A stretch of DNA of 64,000 nucleotides, taken from assembly GCA_951406725.2 (NCBI GenBank), contig OX597820.1:46004001-46068000 (forward strand). Direction: 5' to 3'. The stretch comes from Octopus vulgaris (lineage: Eukaryota). Made by a program: the position numbers and the translations under genes. A model generated the notes under the pieces. That model was given only the letters and a program-made list of their open reading frames with translations. It made no database searches and was not told the DNA's origin. Below are positions 28,250-44,103 of the stretch, piece after piece. The number at the start of each line of letters is the position of its first letter. The first letter of the stretch is position 1.

Positions 28250-29020
28250 ACCGTCATAGTGTCGAGCCACAGGTATAGACCTGATTGGCGACACACTAAA
28301 AGAATATGAAGCGGTAACAGGAGCAAAAATTAACGCGGAAAAGTCAGTGGGGTTGCAACTCGGCACATGGAGAGGCAAGGCCATGCCGTCCAACAGCGTC
28401 ATGGGGCGCTGGACAGACGGTCCGGTTAAATTGCTCGGAGTCTGGTTCGGTTTAGATCTTCAGCTGGAGAAAAACTGGGACGAGGTGACGAGCAGGTTAG
28501 CCAAACTCGCCCAAAAATAGGTCGAGAAGAAGCTGTCCCTGAAAGGTCGAGCGGAGGTGGCGAATCCGAGCAACGCATCCGTCATCTTTTACCGCTTGAC
28601 CGTCGTCCCTTGCCTCGTTTGCTAGTTGACCAAGCTGGTGCGCTTACCCGTCCGCTTTCTGTGGAAGGGGTGCGTTCCACTGGTCAGGCGCTCCATCTGT
28701 TGGCAACAGCCGCTGACTGGAGGGCTGGGCATGCCGTGGTTGCTGGTGCGCAGTCATGCGCTCAGGCTACGGCACCTCCAGCGATTCCTTCATGGGGAGC
28801 GGGTGTGGTCGCGGTTTGTCAGACTCACTTTTCCACAGCTCGTTTCTTTGACTGAGCTGCAGTCCTGGATTAGGCGTAGACCGACAAAGGGCGCTTGGTA
28901 CCTCAGTGCCGTCAAGCGCTCACAGCTCTCCGCCAGGCGAGCAATGCGGTCGGTCGTAGTTCTACTCTAGCGTTCTAAAGAGGGTTAGTGGAGGGGAAGT
29001 GCGACGACATTCTCGGGGAA
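28250..29020 (+). pseudogene. Tx1/L1-clade LINE ORF2 fragment (end of RT and thumb region)
   Basis: YEAVTGAKINAEKS..VKLLGVWFG..NWDEV..KKLSLKGRAEVAN..FLWKG..GGLGMP; contains a stop and frameshifts. Confidence 0.85.
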
Positions 29021-29024
29021 ATAC

Positions 29025-29296
29025 GCGGAATTTGAACACAGAACGTAACGGCAGACGAAATACCTATTTCTTTACTATCTACAATGAGCTAAACACAGAG
29101 AGGACAAACAAGGACAGACAAACGGATTAAGTCGATTATATCGACCCCAGTGCGTAACTGGTACTTAATTTATCGACCCCGAAAGGATGAAAGGCAAAGT
29201 CGACCTCGGCGGAATTTGAAATCAGAACGTAACGGCAGACGAAATACGGCTACGCATTTCGCCCGGCGTGCTAACATTTCTGCCAGCTCACTGCCT
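29025..29296 (-). mobile_element. SINE family B (monomer plus start of a second unit)
   Basis: Reverse complement of the family B head and body; same unit junction as other copies. Confidence 0.85.
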
Positions 29297-29498
29297 TTGG
29301 TTGATATTCTTGTTACTGTTACTGCTACAACTGTTCCTATATGCGAATGTAGTTGTTCCTCTTGTTGTTGTTGTTGTTTGTTGTTGTTGTTGTTGTTGTT
29401 ACCGCTGTTGTTATTATTGCTAGTGTTGCTATTGTGGTTTTGTGGTTGTGGCTTTGATGTTCTTACTGTTGTATATTACTATTAATGTCGCTGTATAA

Positions 29499-29912
29499 GG
29501 GGCGAGTTGGCAGAATCGTTAGGAAGCCGCTGAAAATGTTTAGCGGAATTCCACCCATCTTCAAGTTCGGAGTTCAAATTCCACCGAGGTCGACTTTGCC
29601 TTTCATCCTTCCGAGGTCGATAAAAGAAATTAATCGACTAGCCCCTTATCCCAAATTTCAAGCCTTTGCCTTCACTAGAAATGACTATTAATGTTGCTAT
29701 TTAGGTGCCAAGCTGACACAACCGTTAGCGCGTCTCACAAAATGCAGAGCATCATTCCTTGAGGATATTTACATTATGAGTTCAAATTCTGCCGCGGTCG
29801 ACGTTGCCATTCATCTTTTCGAGAAAGTAAAGAACTAGTCAAGTAATGGAGTAGTTTTAATCGACTTGCATTCTCCCCACTGAATTGCTGGCATTGTGTC
29901 AAAATTAGAAAT
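29499..29912 (+). mobile_element. Two diverged SINE family B copies
   Basis: ggcgagttggcagaatcgtt... and ggtgccaagctgacacaaccgttagc... both with gagttcaaatt...ggtcgac. Confidence 0.7.
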
Positions 29913-31165
29913 AATTAATTAATGTAGCAGTTGCTGTTAATCCTCTCGTTGTTGTTGTTGTTGTTGTAACATTTGCTGCCAATGTTGTATGATACCATTT
30001 AAGAACTTGTGAAGAAGAACTATGATGCCTACGTAGGTAGGTAGCCAATTGTACGGTTCTGCTTTGCAGATCCAGGAATCTGGATATTCTATGCTTATTA
30101 TACCCGTCTGAAGTTGAAAACGTTGATGTTGTCGTTGATGATAACGATAATAAGAATGATGATGATGATGATGATGATGATGCTGATGATTATGATGATG
30201 ATAATGACGACGACGAGGACGACGAGGACAACGACGTCGACGATAACGATGATTACGACAACGACGGTGATGATGATGATGATGATGATGATGATATGAT
30301 TTGCACTTATTCCTCTCTACATACATACATGCAAACATCCATCCATCCATCCATCCATCCATCCATCCATCCATACATACATACATACATGCATGCATGC
30401 ATACCGTATGTACGTACGTACGTACATACGTACGCACACTCTCCACTCATAACTGCTCTCACAATCCTATTCATCACAAGTCTGATTAATTAGCCTACTT
30501 ACATTTCGAATTCCATCGTTGCTTGTTGGCGTATTTAACGTTGCTGTTGTTGTTGTTGTTGTTATTATTACTGCTGTTTTGTTAATTAACCATTTGTCTT
30601 TTGTGCGTGTTTTAATTAACACAAACCTACGCAAACATTGTACGTCTGCACCCACACACATACTCGCATACACTAGCTAATACATAGACACACAATCGAA
30701 CGCATACATACATACATACATACATACATACATACATACATACATACATACATACATGCATGCAGCTGTGAGCAATGACGAGGTTGAAACAAGGACAGGT
30801 TTTAAAATGGAAGATAGTTTAGTTGACGAACTTCGTTCTTTTGTGTAAGGTGAAGTCATGGTTTTTGTTATGTAAAAAAATAAGTAAGCAACAAAAAAAT
30901 CTCTGAACAAAACAACCATGGAATTCCAAAGAACTGTAAACAAACGAAGAAATAAAATAAAAAATGAAACAATGTATATGTATATAATGTAATATAATAG
31001 AAGAACAAATGTAAAAATTAAATTATATAAAACAATGAAAACAATAACATTTTCGTTATGAATCTCCGACATTAATTTTTATTTTTGTTTTTGCTATTGT
31101 TAGAAGTTAGCTCTGGATTCGATAGATAGACAGACAGACAGACAGATAGATAGACAGATAGATAG

Positions 31166-31326
31166 CCTAGAAATTGGCTCATCTGGGATCCCGGCAAGCC
31201 GGAGGTCAAGTTCACGTTTGAAAATGTCTACATCCACTCCATGGACGCTCCTCAGATGTTTCGGCAGACAGTTAAACAGCTGTGGACCCTTGAAACCCAA
31301 GCTATTGCAGTACATCGTCCTTGCCC

Positions 31327-31330
<4 letters not shown>
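31166..31330 (-). pseudogene. CR1-group LINE 3' ORF2 fragment
   Basis: YCNSLGFKGPQLFNCLPKHLR..FKRELD..IPDEP; homologous to 41500-41800. Confidence 0.75.
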
Positions 31331-31357
<27 letters not shown>

Positions 31358-31866
31358 TCTGTACTAATTTATTATTGATAATAAGTTATAATGAATAACA
31401 AGCTGTCTACAATAAGCTAGTACAAGGCATAAATAGATGAACCCGCTATGTGGTCTCTTGATCTTCTAGAAATAGCAGTCAAAATTCCTTCAAAATAGAT
31501 CCACTCTGATAAATAGGGAAGGACATATTAAATAGTGTTATTCACGATATACCTAAAAAGAGGGTTTCCTCACCGGTGGATTACTTTTGATCCTAGTTCT
31601 GTAAGATTAAACCTGGGACTAGGCTATAACAATATAGACAGTTATAACAATATAAAAAGCTGTAACAATAGAAACTGCATTGATTGAGAAGCTCTAGAAT
31701 CAAAGACGTTTCAATTATGATCGGCCAATCTTATCCCTGACATGTTTCAGCTGATGTAGATTTCAATGCTATTTCTAATAGGTCGATCGACTACGTAGAA
31801 GCTGCCACGTTGTCTCTACACAAATAATTGATCATAAACTAACATTATATGTATGTTTGTTTATTA

Positions 31867-32997
31867 CGAGGGTAAGTCAAAAGTTATAAGCACTCTTGTT
31901 TTTCGGTGCACTTCTTCCAGCGGTACGCAAGGTTGCTTATTCTAGGTGAGCTGGCAGAATCGTTAGCTCGCCGGACGAAATGCTTAGCGGTATTTCGACT
32001 ACCGTTACGTTCTGAGTTCAAATTCCGCCGAGGTCGACTTTGCCTTTCATCCTTTCAGGTCGATAAAATAAGTACCAGTTACGCACTGGGGTCGATATAA
32101 TCGACTTAATCCGTTTGTTTGTCCTTGTTTGTCCTCTCTGTGTGTAGCCCCTTGTGGGCAGTAAAGAAATAGGTATTTAGTCTGCCATTACGTTCTGAAT
32201 TCAAATTCCGCCGAGGTCGACTTTGCCTTTCATCCTTTCGGGGTCGATAAATTAAATACCAGTTACGCACAGGGGTCGATATAATCGACTTAATCCGTTT
32301 GTCTGTCCTTGTTTGTCCCCTCTATGTTTAGCCCCTTGTGGGCAATAAAGAAATAAGATTGCTTATTCTAGCGTGGAAGAAGGATTTCGGCTGGTTGCGC
32401 AACCATTTATGCGCCGTTTCCTGCGCTTCATAGACCGTAGCAAATCGACGACCTCGTAAACGATGTTTGAGCGGTCCACCGAGGTGCAAAGTGTTCCAGC
32501 AATTCAAAACCCAATTTTTTAATGGTTTCAGCGGTGTGAGCTACGAGATGTGGGCGTGCATAGTCGCGCATATTCGTACAACATTAACTCATGATTTGAC
32601 TATAGACCTCGGCGTTTGATGCAAATTGCTGGTTTTAGTTTACTGGCCAGCAGTTCACTGTAGCCTGCACTGATGACTGTAGACACCCTTTTCCTGTTAA
32701 TACTCCAGTTTAGGCCCTTTTGCGTTAAAAAAAAAAACACATTTTTTGTAGAGGGTTGGGTTTCGAATTTAATTTTCATTGGCGATACTGCGTGTTTCCA
32801 TTCCTTAAGTCCGACGAGCGCGCACTACGTGTCTGTACTCTAGGCGTATCAGCCGGAAACTGACGCGACCTACGGGCGCGAAAATATACACGTATGCGCA
32901 GGAAGGGTGGCATAACCAACCATTCCAAAGATTTTGCCCACAGCGCATAAGTTTTGGTGGGAAAAAACATAGTCGGATAGCTTTTGAATGAACCTCT
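31867..32997. mobile_element. Decayed mariner-like element interrupted by a SINE
   Basis: TA-flanked imperfect TIRs CGAGGGTAAGTCAAAAGTTAT / ATAGCTTTTGAATGAACCTCT. Confidence 0.65.
31946..32358 (+). mobile_element. SINE family B dimer with perfect 13 bp TSD
   Basis: TTGCTTATTCTAG at 31933-31945 and 32359-32371. Confidence 0.92.
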
Positions 32998-33124
32998 TAT
33001 AATATATATATATATATTAGACAAATTGATATATAAGTAGGTAGATAGATATACGTATATTATATTATGCATATATACTATATAAATATAATGTATACAT
33101 AATTTACACACACACACACACATA

Positions 33125-33212
<88 letters not shown>

Positions 33213-33213
33213 T

Positions 33214-33252
<39 letters not shown>

Positions 33253-33255
33253 TGC
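33125..33255. repeat. (CGCA)n microsatellite
   Basis: Directly visible. Confidence 0.95.
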
Positions 33256-33403
33256 ACATATACACACACACATACACACAATTGCAAGATTTCTGCGGTC
33301 GATCTGTTCGATTAAACACTTCAAAAAGTTGTCCCAGTGTGGCCACAATGTCGTGCCTGAAACAAGTAAAAGATAAAAAGAAAAAAAGTGTGATGCAGCG
33401 AAC

Positions 33404-33553
<150 letters not shown>

Positions 33554-33603
33554 GCCTGCCTGCCTGCCTGCCTGTCTGTATGAATGTCTGTCTGTCTGTC
33601 TGT

Positions 33604-33706
<103 letters not shown>

Positions 33707-33724
33707 AACTATCTATCTATCTCC

Positions 33725-33757
<33 letters not shown>

Positions 33758-35619
33758 TAAAACATACATGCATGTAGGATGGGCTTCCACGCAATTTTCG
33801 AATGCTAAATTCATTCACAAGGCATTGGTTTACCTGGGCTTACAGTGGAAGACACTTGCAGAATGTGCCACGGATTAGGACTGGATTCGAAACGACGTAG
33901 TTATAAAGTGAGTTTCTTAACCGCACGCTTATGCCTGCGCCTATATGTTCATGTTTTCTAGTTATTCCCGTTAGCTTTCAATTGTTCTTAAGTAGATATA
34001 TAATCAGCTATACTGTATTTCACAATAGAGCTCTAGTCACAAAGGCTTCTACCTCCCTGTATTCGTGGAAGATATAATCTTTTCTGTTCTCTGTGCAAGA
34101 TTTTGGGCGGTGTATTTTAAATACGTGTATTATTCTTCTTGCATTTCTGTGTAGTCTTCCTAGTTATTGTCTGGAACACCTTGAGTATCGATTCGCATTA
34201 AGTTATTGCTTTCGTTTTCAGCTTTATTTTAAGTATTAATCTAACGCGTCTACAACATTACTCCCTCACCTTTTCTTTCGTCTGCGCGTGTGTTGTTTTC
34301 ATTTTAGTTCGTCGGTTACAAATATTTGGATGTCGTTGGTTTGTTTCTCTCTTTTTTTTAAAATTCAAATATCATGCATTTCATTTCAGGTGCACTTCCG
34401 TATTTTGCTTTGTTGTAGAATTTATTTTGATGTTTCTTTATGTTACTCTAGTCTTTTGTGTGTGTTTGTTGTATAAAACATGTGCATTTTAAGTTGTATT
34501 ATTTTGTCGGGTGAGGGCTGAATTTCGTATGAGCTGTGCTGTATGTTTTAGTGTTCGCCTATAATTGTGCAGCTTGTGCTGTGATATTTTATGGATTGCG
34601 TGATTTGTGTTATGGACCGATGTGGCTGTATTTAAATTTTAAACACCTTCCCCACATACATGCATACACACACACATTCTCGTACGCACGCACAGGTACA
34701 TTTGCACAGAAATAAGTTAAAGGTGCAATAAAATACACAATAATTCAAACTAGATATAATTAGCCTAAGTAAATAAAACATGGATGATTATTGATTAGGT
34801 TGAGCTAGAGCACAGCACTACTCTGTTCATTGAACCATTTCTCAGAATATGTACAAGTGCAACCAAGTGTACTCGTAAGCATTTTTGACATATTGCGTGT
34901 TGAAAAACTCTAGCTACTTTGGTGGTATTATTTTTAAAGCTCGGTATGATGTTTTAGTTTTTCTCTGTTAAATAGTCTATTAGATGGTGTTCTTATTCTG
35001 AACTCAACTACCTTTTTGCGTCATTCTAACTTTTTAGAAAGTCCGTGGTACCATAAATGCGTGATTTTATCTATTTTTTTTCTATTATTTTGAGAAATAG
35101 TTAAACCAACAGTGTAGTGGCGTGACCTCACTCAGTCCAAACAATAATCATTCATGTTTTGTCTGTTTTTTTTTTTAAAAAGACGAAGAATTTTAGTTCT
35201 TAGTCTTCGTTTTCATCGTTATTTTCTTGAGATGTATCGTTGTTATCTTGAAGAAATTGTTCCTCCTTACTGTTTCCGTTGTTTTATACTTTATGTGGAG
35301 GAAGGTGGTTTGCATCGTTGGATGCTCTGATCATGTCAATGTGGTAAGCTTCTCACTCCTTTGTAAGTTGGTGCTTATTGTTGTCATTGCACTAAATTTC
35401 CTACCAGTTTCTATATACCATATTCCATTCCCCACCCCACTCATTGCCTACTATATTTGTGGTTCCATATTTTGAAACCCCTTTATGTAAGATGTTATGC
35501 GTATTGCATATAAAGGTCATGCGGACAGCAAAATCAGTTTGTAATTTTCAAGATTTCAAGCGTATGCTCTTCTGTACAACGGTGTTAACAATAGGAGATA
35601 ACTGAAGACATATATATTT

Positions 35620-35833
35620 TTTTCATTTGCTTCAGTTATTTGTCTGCGGCCATGCTGGAGCACCGCATTTAGTCGAACAAATCGACCCCAGGACTTATTC
35701 TTTGTAAGACTAGGACTAATTCTATCGGCCCCTTTAGCCGAACCGCTAAATTACTGGGACGTAAACACACCAAAATCGGTTATCAAGCCGATGGTGGGAA
35801 ACAAGCACAGACACACAAATATATATATTTATG

Positions 35834-35888
<55 letters not shown>

Positions 35889-36275
35889 GTATGTATATGT
35901 ATATATATATAGTTAATCCAAACAAGAAAGCACAAAAAAACACAACAACGCGAGGACGTGGAACAAATATAATATTATTGGACGCTCAGGAAAGAAGGAA
36001 AGAAGGGGGCTCTAACGTTTCGAGCGGAGCTCTTCGTCGGAAATATAGGAGAAGGAAAGATCCAGGGAAGGGAAGACAGAGGAAAAAAATCGCCAACGGT
36101 ACACACGCGGTCACGGGCTTCTTTCAGTTTCCGTCTACCAAATCCACCCACAAGGCTTTTTGTCGGCCCGAGGCTATAGTAGAAGACAATTGCCCAAGGT
36201 ATCACACAGTGAGACTGAACCCGGAACCATGTGGTTGGTAGCAAGCTACTTACCACACAGTCACTCCTGCGCCTA
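35620..36275 (-). mobile_element. SINE family A with a P1 element nested in its internal microsatellite
   Basis: Tail/body 35620-35820, (TA)n, P1 insert 35911-36114, head 36115-36275. Confidence 0.9.
35911..36114 (-). mobile_element. Hammerhead-bearing element, family P1
   Basis: Minus strand CCGACGA-A-GAGC-TCC-GCTC-GAAA-CG-TT (36011-36044). Confidence 0.7.
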
Positions 36276-37307
36276 TAGCCACTTTGGGGATGTAACATAT
36301 AAGATGATAAGGCTGGAAAAAATTGTAAGGTGTGAGCTCAACACAATACAGCATCTAAATTCATACCTCTATGTTTTGAGTTCAATTCCTGCCAGGGATC
36401 TATAAAATATGTGCCGATTCAATCGATTCTACGCCTTCCTCCACCCAATAGGATTGACTGGTTTTACCAGTGTGCTGGAGCTATTGCTCATTGATACGCA
36501 GTTAATATATCCTGTTAACGGATATCAATAAAATATTCTAATAGTGTAATTTGCACTCAATGTCACTTTTGTTTGAATTGTAGATATGCCACCTGACGCT
36601 AGTCATGTTTATATGCTTTCCTTGGATGGATTTTGTGGAAATAGCGTTTTGCTATCAAGGGAAAAAGCACGTACGCGCGCGCGTGCACACACATATGTGT
36701 GTATGTATATATGTACATATATATGTATGTATATATGCATATATGGATTTCTATACGTATATATATGTATACATGTATATATATACGTGTATATATGTAT
36801 ATATGTATGTATATATATATATATTTAAGTATGTATATATGTATATATGTACATGTATGTTTGTATGTATGAATATATTTGTATATACGTATATATATAT
36901 ACTTGTATATATGTATATATGTATGTATATATATATGTGTATGTATATATGTATATATATATACTTGTATATATGTATATGATTGATTTTGATTTGATTT
37001 TTCCAGTTTCAGCTAATGAGCTGTGGCATGTATATATATATGTGTATGTATATATGTATATATATATACTTGTATATATGTATATATGTATGTGTATATA
37101 TGTATATATGTATATATATGTGTGTATGTATATATGTATATATATATACTTGTATATATGTATATATATATACATTTGTGTATGTATATATGTATATATA
37201 TACATGTGTATATGTATATATATGTATGTTTGATGCATGTATGTATGAATATGTTTGTATATATATATGTGTGTATGTGTGTATATTAGATACCTAGACA
37301 GACAGAC

Positions 37308-37384
<77 letters not shown>

Positions 37385-37385
<1 letters not shown>

Positions 37386-38635
37386 CATCCAGTCCGTTGT
37401 CAATGACTGACTGACTGACTTCATGAATCAAATTTCTCCAGACAGAGGTATTATCAGTCAGCTGGTACCCATTGTTAGTTGAGAAAGATACATCTTTTAG
37501 GTTCCCCTTGTTAATGTCCTTGAATTTCAGTTTGGGTTCTCTAATGTTTCTGCAACTTTCAAGCAGTTGCGAGGGCAAGGCTTTCTTTGGGTGTTTATCA
37601 TCGCCAGTTCTGGCAATATGGTCAGTCCAACGGAGATTTCTCCGTATCATTAGATGATGCATGAACTGAACGCCAGCCCTACTGAGGACCTCCGACTGTA
37701 AGATATGTTGCCACCATTTGCTAGCTCTCAGATATCGAGTGACTTAGGCACTGATCCTTTTGGCTTCTGTTTTGTAAAGTGCCCATTCTTCTGCACTCTA
37801 CAGTTAAGTTTAGATCACATGTATACTTCATATTTTACTTTCATTGAACTGTTACGGTTTTTCGATAGTCGTTCTGTTAGACATTAAAACGCAGACGAAG
37901 ATTTACCCATACGATTTTGTAGTTCATTGTCTAGTTTATTGTCACCCAACAACGATGCCAAGATAAGTAAAACCAGTGGCTTTATTTAGTATGTTTCAAT
38001 CTTTCACGTTATTGCGAGCTTCCATATTTCATTGTGGAACGGCTGAAAAACGTACCTCAAAATTTTGTCAAAGTAATTTGTAGGCCGAAGTCACGCGTAG
38101 ACTCAACAAATATGGAGGCAATTTCCTGCATGCTCGCATGTAAGTGTGATACACAAATGATATAGGCTTTTGTCTCTGATATTTTAATTTCTATTTGGAC
38201 GGGTCAAAAAGAGTAGAACCAGGACTTGTAAATACTAATACACCCTTGTATGTATTATGAGATGTATCTTCGATAACTGCAAAAAGATATATACCGAAGA
38301 GAGCAGGGGCCAAGACACAACCCTACTTAATACTATTTGTAACTTCAACTAGTTCAGAGAGATCATTGTTTGTGCTGATCTCCTGCATTTATATCCTGAT
38401 GGAAACCTTCACACACTCAACAAACTTCTCAGGACACCCATAATCACACAACACCTGCCATAAACCCTCTCTGTTTATTGTGTCACATGCTTTCTTAAAA
38501 TCAATGAAGACAGCACACACTGGCATATTCTGTACCATGTATATTTCTTGAATTTCACGAAGGGTAAAGATCAAGTCAATAATACTTCGTTCAGCATTGA
38601 ATTCGCATTGCGTTTCAAAAAGGATTTCCAAGGAA
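37385..38635 (-). pseudogene. RTE-clade LINE RT and C-terminal fragment
   Basis: ETQCEFNAERSIIDLIFTLREIQE..FIDFKKACDTINREGLW..GCPEKF; IK*GCVLAPALF; LRWTDHIAR..PK. Confidence 0.88.
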
Positions 38636-38860
38636 ATGTCGCTGTCACTTAAATTATATTTGATTTATTTTATGGATATATGTTCTTTGTTGAACTTTAA
38701 GAAAGTAATACCTTATGTTACCAAGGAAAAAGAACGCACACACACACATTTATGTATGTATGTATGTATGTATGTATGTATGTATGTATGTATGTATGTA
38801 TGTATGTATGTATGTATGTATGTATGTATGTATGTATGTATGTATGTATGTATATATATA

Positions 38861-39825
<965 letters not shown>

Positions 39826-39868
39826 CATATATATATTATTTATATATATTTGTATTTATATATATTTA

Positions 39869-39920
<52 letters not shown>

Positions 39921-40160
39921 CATATATGTTTATATTTATATACATACATATACATATATATATATATATATATTTACATTTATATACATCTCTCTCTCCC
40001 TATATATATATATATACATACATTTTTATTTATATACATATATATATATTTATATATATACATATATTTATATATGTATATATATATATGTATGTATACA
40101 CATATATATGTATATATATGTATATATGTATATGATTATATATATATATGTATATATATA

Positions 40161-40333
40161 GGCGCAGGAGTGGCTGTGTGGTAAGTAGCTTGTTTCCCAA
40201 CCACATGGTTCCGGGTTCAGTTCCATTGCGTGGCACCTTGGGCAAGTGTCTTCTACTATAGCCTCGGGCCGACCAAAGCTTTGTGAGTGGATTTGGTAGA
40301 CGGAAACTGAAGAAGCCCGTCATATATATGAAT

Positions 40334-40380
<47 letters not shown>

Positions 40381-40590
40381 GTGTGTGTTTGTGTGTCTGT
40401 GTTTGGCCCCCTAGCATTGCTTGACAACCGATGCTGGTGTGCTTATGTCCCCGTTACTTAGCGGTTCGGCAAAACAGACCGATAGAATAAGTACTGGGCT
40501 TACAAAAGAATAAGTCCCGGGGTCGAGTTGCTCGATTAAAGGCGGTGCTCCAGCATGGCTGCAATCAAATGACTGAAACAAGTAAAAGAG
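40161..40590 (+). mobile_element. SINE family A, full length
   Basis: ggcgcaggagtggctgtgtggtaag...gactgaaacaagtaaaagag. Confidence 0.92.
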
Positions 40591-40734
40591 ATATATATAT
40601 CTGCTTTTGTCTTGGTAACATAAGGTGTTGTTTTCATGAAATTGACTAACGTAGAACGTGTAAATATGATTAGTGTCAGTTGGCATAACTATAATTCGAA
40701 TACACACATACACATATATTTAAACACATGTATG

Positions 40735-40766
<32 letters not shown>

Positions 40767-40788
40767 TGTATGTATGTATGTATGTATG

Positions 40789-40845
<57 letters not shown>

Positions 40846-40888
40846 GCACACATACACTCATATATATGTACACACACACACACTGATA

Positions 40889-40973
<85 letters not shown>

Positions 40974-41014
40974 CTCTATATATATTTCTATCTATCTATA
41001 TTTCTATCTGTCTG

Positions 41015-41095
<81 letters not shown>

Positions 41096-41499
41096 TTTTA
41101 TATAAAGTAAAAGGGGTCACTCGGATGCAAGTGGCTTGTACTGTGCTTTCACTAATTGCTTTTGGTGCCTACGTGTTTGCGAGGGGATATTGACACAATC
41201 TCGGCCCTTTCACCTTTGATCCAGTGGACCATCGAGCTCATGCCAGCTGAAAGGAGCGAGAGCCTCCTCAGCAATTTGCTGGTACGCATTTTCAGCTAAG
41301 TAGACCAGAAAAATGTGAAATGATGTGCGATTTCGGTCCAGATATCGAAGCCACGACTTCATAATCGTGAGCCCATCTGCACATTCTCCGTGTTCCAAAT
41401 TATTTTTTATATAGCATTGGGCAAACCAGGGCAACTGTATTAGACATATCCAGTCACAGACGCCTGCTTATCCCATCCGTCGTCAAAAATGCATTATGC

Positions 41500-41800
41500 A
41501 ACTGGTTGGATTATAGGAGACCAATAGCCAGCGTCTCTATTGCTCCTGCCGCGATGTGGGTTCATCCTGTATTGCAGATAAAAAAGCTATCAAGACGGTT
41601 TTTGAAGACTTCCATGTTTACACCTTGCAGATCCCTGATGTTCTGTGGTAGGGCATTAAAAAGTTGTGGTCCCTTCAATCCCAAGTTATTACAATATTAT
41701 GTTCGTATCCTCGATGGAGAAGACGGGACCTTTGGTACTGTGCAGTGCCATCCAGTTCGGAGATTGTTGTAGCTCCAATTTGGAGCTAGACCCTCCATTA
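41500..41800 (-). pseudogene. CR1-group LINE 3' fragment
   Basis: YCNNLGLKGPQLFNALPQNIRDL..FKNRLDSFL..IQDEP. Confidence 0.75.
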
Positions 41801-42719
41801 TTTTTCATATGTATAGTATTGCATATTTCTCACGTCTCCTCTCCAGGGAGTAGAGTCCCAGTTATTCATGAGTGGACTGTAATCCATATGTTGTCGACCC
41901 CAACCGTGTTATTGATTGAAACTCAGTGAATTCATAGATTTGCTGCACACTTTCAACATCGCCATAAAAATAAATCCGGAAACTTGAAAACTAATCGTTA
42001 TTTCAACTTGTAAAAATCTTTAATAACTCTGTCTCTTATTTCTTTGCGATATATCTAAAGTTTTTAATCTTATATTATTTCCGTTTATCTCGCACATTAG
42101 TGCGCCGAAAGAAAATAATCACTTGATTTTCCAATGTTTGCAACAATATACCAAGTGATCAGCTATATTGATGTTAAGGTATGTGTGTGTGTGAGAGAGA
42201 GAGAGAGAGGGGGGAGAGAGCTAGAGATAGAGGGAGAAAGAGAGAGAGGGAGAGCGCGTATAGTCGATTGTATCGACTTCAATATTCGCCTGGTATTTAT
42301 GTTATCGACTCCAGCAAAGTAATTAAAGGATTCTAACGAAACGTCGTGATGCATATGGTCCGAAGCTCAATTCTATTGATTCTATTGTGCCAACCCACCG
42401 CCATTATAGTGTCTATATATGTAATTAATATAATTTTTAAAACTTTCATTTATATGATATAGATTTCTTTACAATTGCCTAATCATCAATGCTAAATGTT
42501 GCGATTAATACAGGGCTTACAAAGCTATATATGATAGGTGGATTATTCCACCATATTTTCAGTACGACAGCCCGCAGATTGGAAATTAATTGCCAATTGA
42601 TAGTTCTTCATTTATGTAATCCAACCGCAATCAGCTGTGAATCTCATTTGCATAAAATTATCTCTAAATAATCTGTTATTTATGTTATGGCTGTGTGTTG
42701 TAGGTAACATACTATGCCA

Positions 42720-43200
42720 TCCGGTCGGGCGACTAGGCTAGTCCAATGCAACTCTTCCACGCCAGATATTCTGATCTTCCATAGCAGTCTTCATATCTCC
42801 AGCCTAATGTCTAGTGTCTTACACAAGTTAATAGATATATGCTCCTCTTGGTCAGCCGATACACGTATGTCCATGCGTGGGTTTCCTGAGAAGGAGATCT
42901 TTGGATATTTCATTCTCTCTTTTCTAACAGCATCCTGCATAATGTTCTCTTCATTCTCAATATACCGAGTTGATAGTAGGAAGACTGTCATACAGGCGCT
43001 ACTTTGTAGGGTGTTTCTACTACGAAGATTGAGAACTGCACAAAGGCTTCTCGTGTATGAATCGTCATGCTTCTTTTCAAGTTTATTGTCCAGTGTCCAT
43101 GTTGAAGAGTTATAGAGAAATTCTGATTCAACGACAGCTTAGAAGAAAACTCTCTCTATGTTTCCAGGAAGGTAACATACACTAAATTTTAAATCCACAT
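42720..43200 (-). pseudogene. RTE-type LINE C-terminal fragment
   Basis: AVVESEFLYNSSTWTL..LEKKHDDSYTRSL..HPTK..LYDSLP..KPTHG, matching the RTE post-RT pattern. Confidence 0.75.
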
Positions 43201-43971
43201 GGAGAGAGATCCTATTTAAATATTCCTTGTTGCTCTCAGAGGTTTGCTTATAATCAAACCTATTCTTATTAATATTTAAATCTATTTTGTCGACATTTAT
43301 CTAATATTACCTCTCAGAAAACATTGTTAACCTATATATTTCCACTTATCTTGAAACATAACCGCTTTACAATACTTCATAAATGGTTTGTACTGTAGGT
43401 ACACGGCTTCAAATTTAGGAGAAGGTAGTTGATTACATTGACATCGATACTTGACTGAAAGTTATTTTATCGACCCCCGGATTAAAGGTAAAGTAGACAT
43501 CATAAGGAGGCAGACGAAATGCTGCTAAGCATTTTGTCTGACGCACTAAAGATTCTGTGAGCACTTCGCCTTACATTGCTTCTTAAATTGTCAATACTTT
43601 TGTATATACAAGTCCTTCCTGTGCAGCCACTAGTTCGTGGACATACTGGTTGTACCCCACCCCTTTATCACTACCTATATACAAAATTTTCCCGATATAA
43701 TTTTTGGAACGTCTCTGTTATATAACAGGTTGGGCCCCTAATTGTTAATGCATAAACCATCTAAGCCACGGGAGTTCTTTTTACACAGTATCCATAAAAT
43801 TTCTAAATATTTGTATTCTCCTATTATTAGTACCAAAAGGATCAAAGGTCCTCCTTTACCTTACAGGCAGCTTCCTGGATTCTGTGGCGTATATATTCCA
43901 CATCCACATTCCTGGACGGGACGCAGGTCCGTCGCAAAATTATTCCTTTTTGTTAGCAGAATTGTCTAGAA

Positions 43972-44103
43972 CAGTGGTTCTCAATCTGGGTTCCGCGGAC
44001 CCCTGGTGGTACGCGAACTAAATTCAAAATTTCATATATATAAGGATAAGCATATTAAAAGAGTCTGGATAAAATGGTTGACAACCACTGTTGGGAACCA
44101 CTG
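43972..44103. mobile_element. hAT (Charlie-type) MITE with perfect 8 bp TSD, inserted in an old SINE
   Basis: CAGTGGTTCTCAA ... TTGGGAACCACTG; TSD GTCTAGAA at 43964-43971 and 44104-44111, fitting the NTCTAGAN preference of Charlie elements. Confidence 0.92.
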
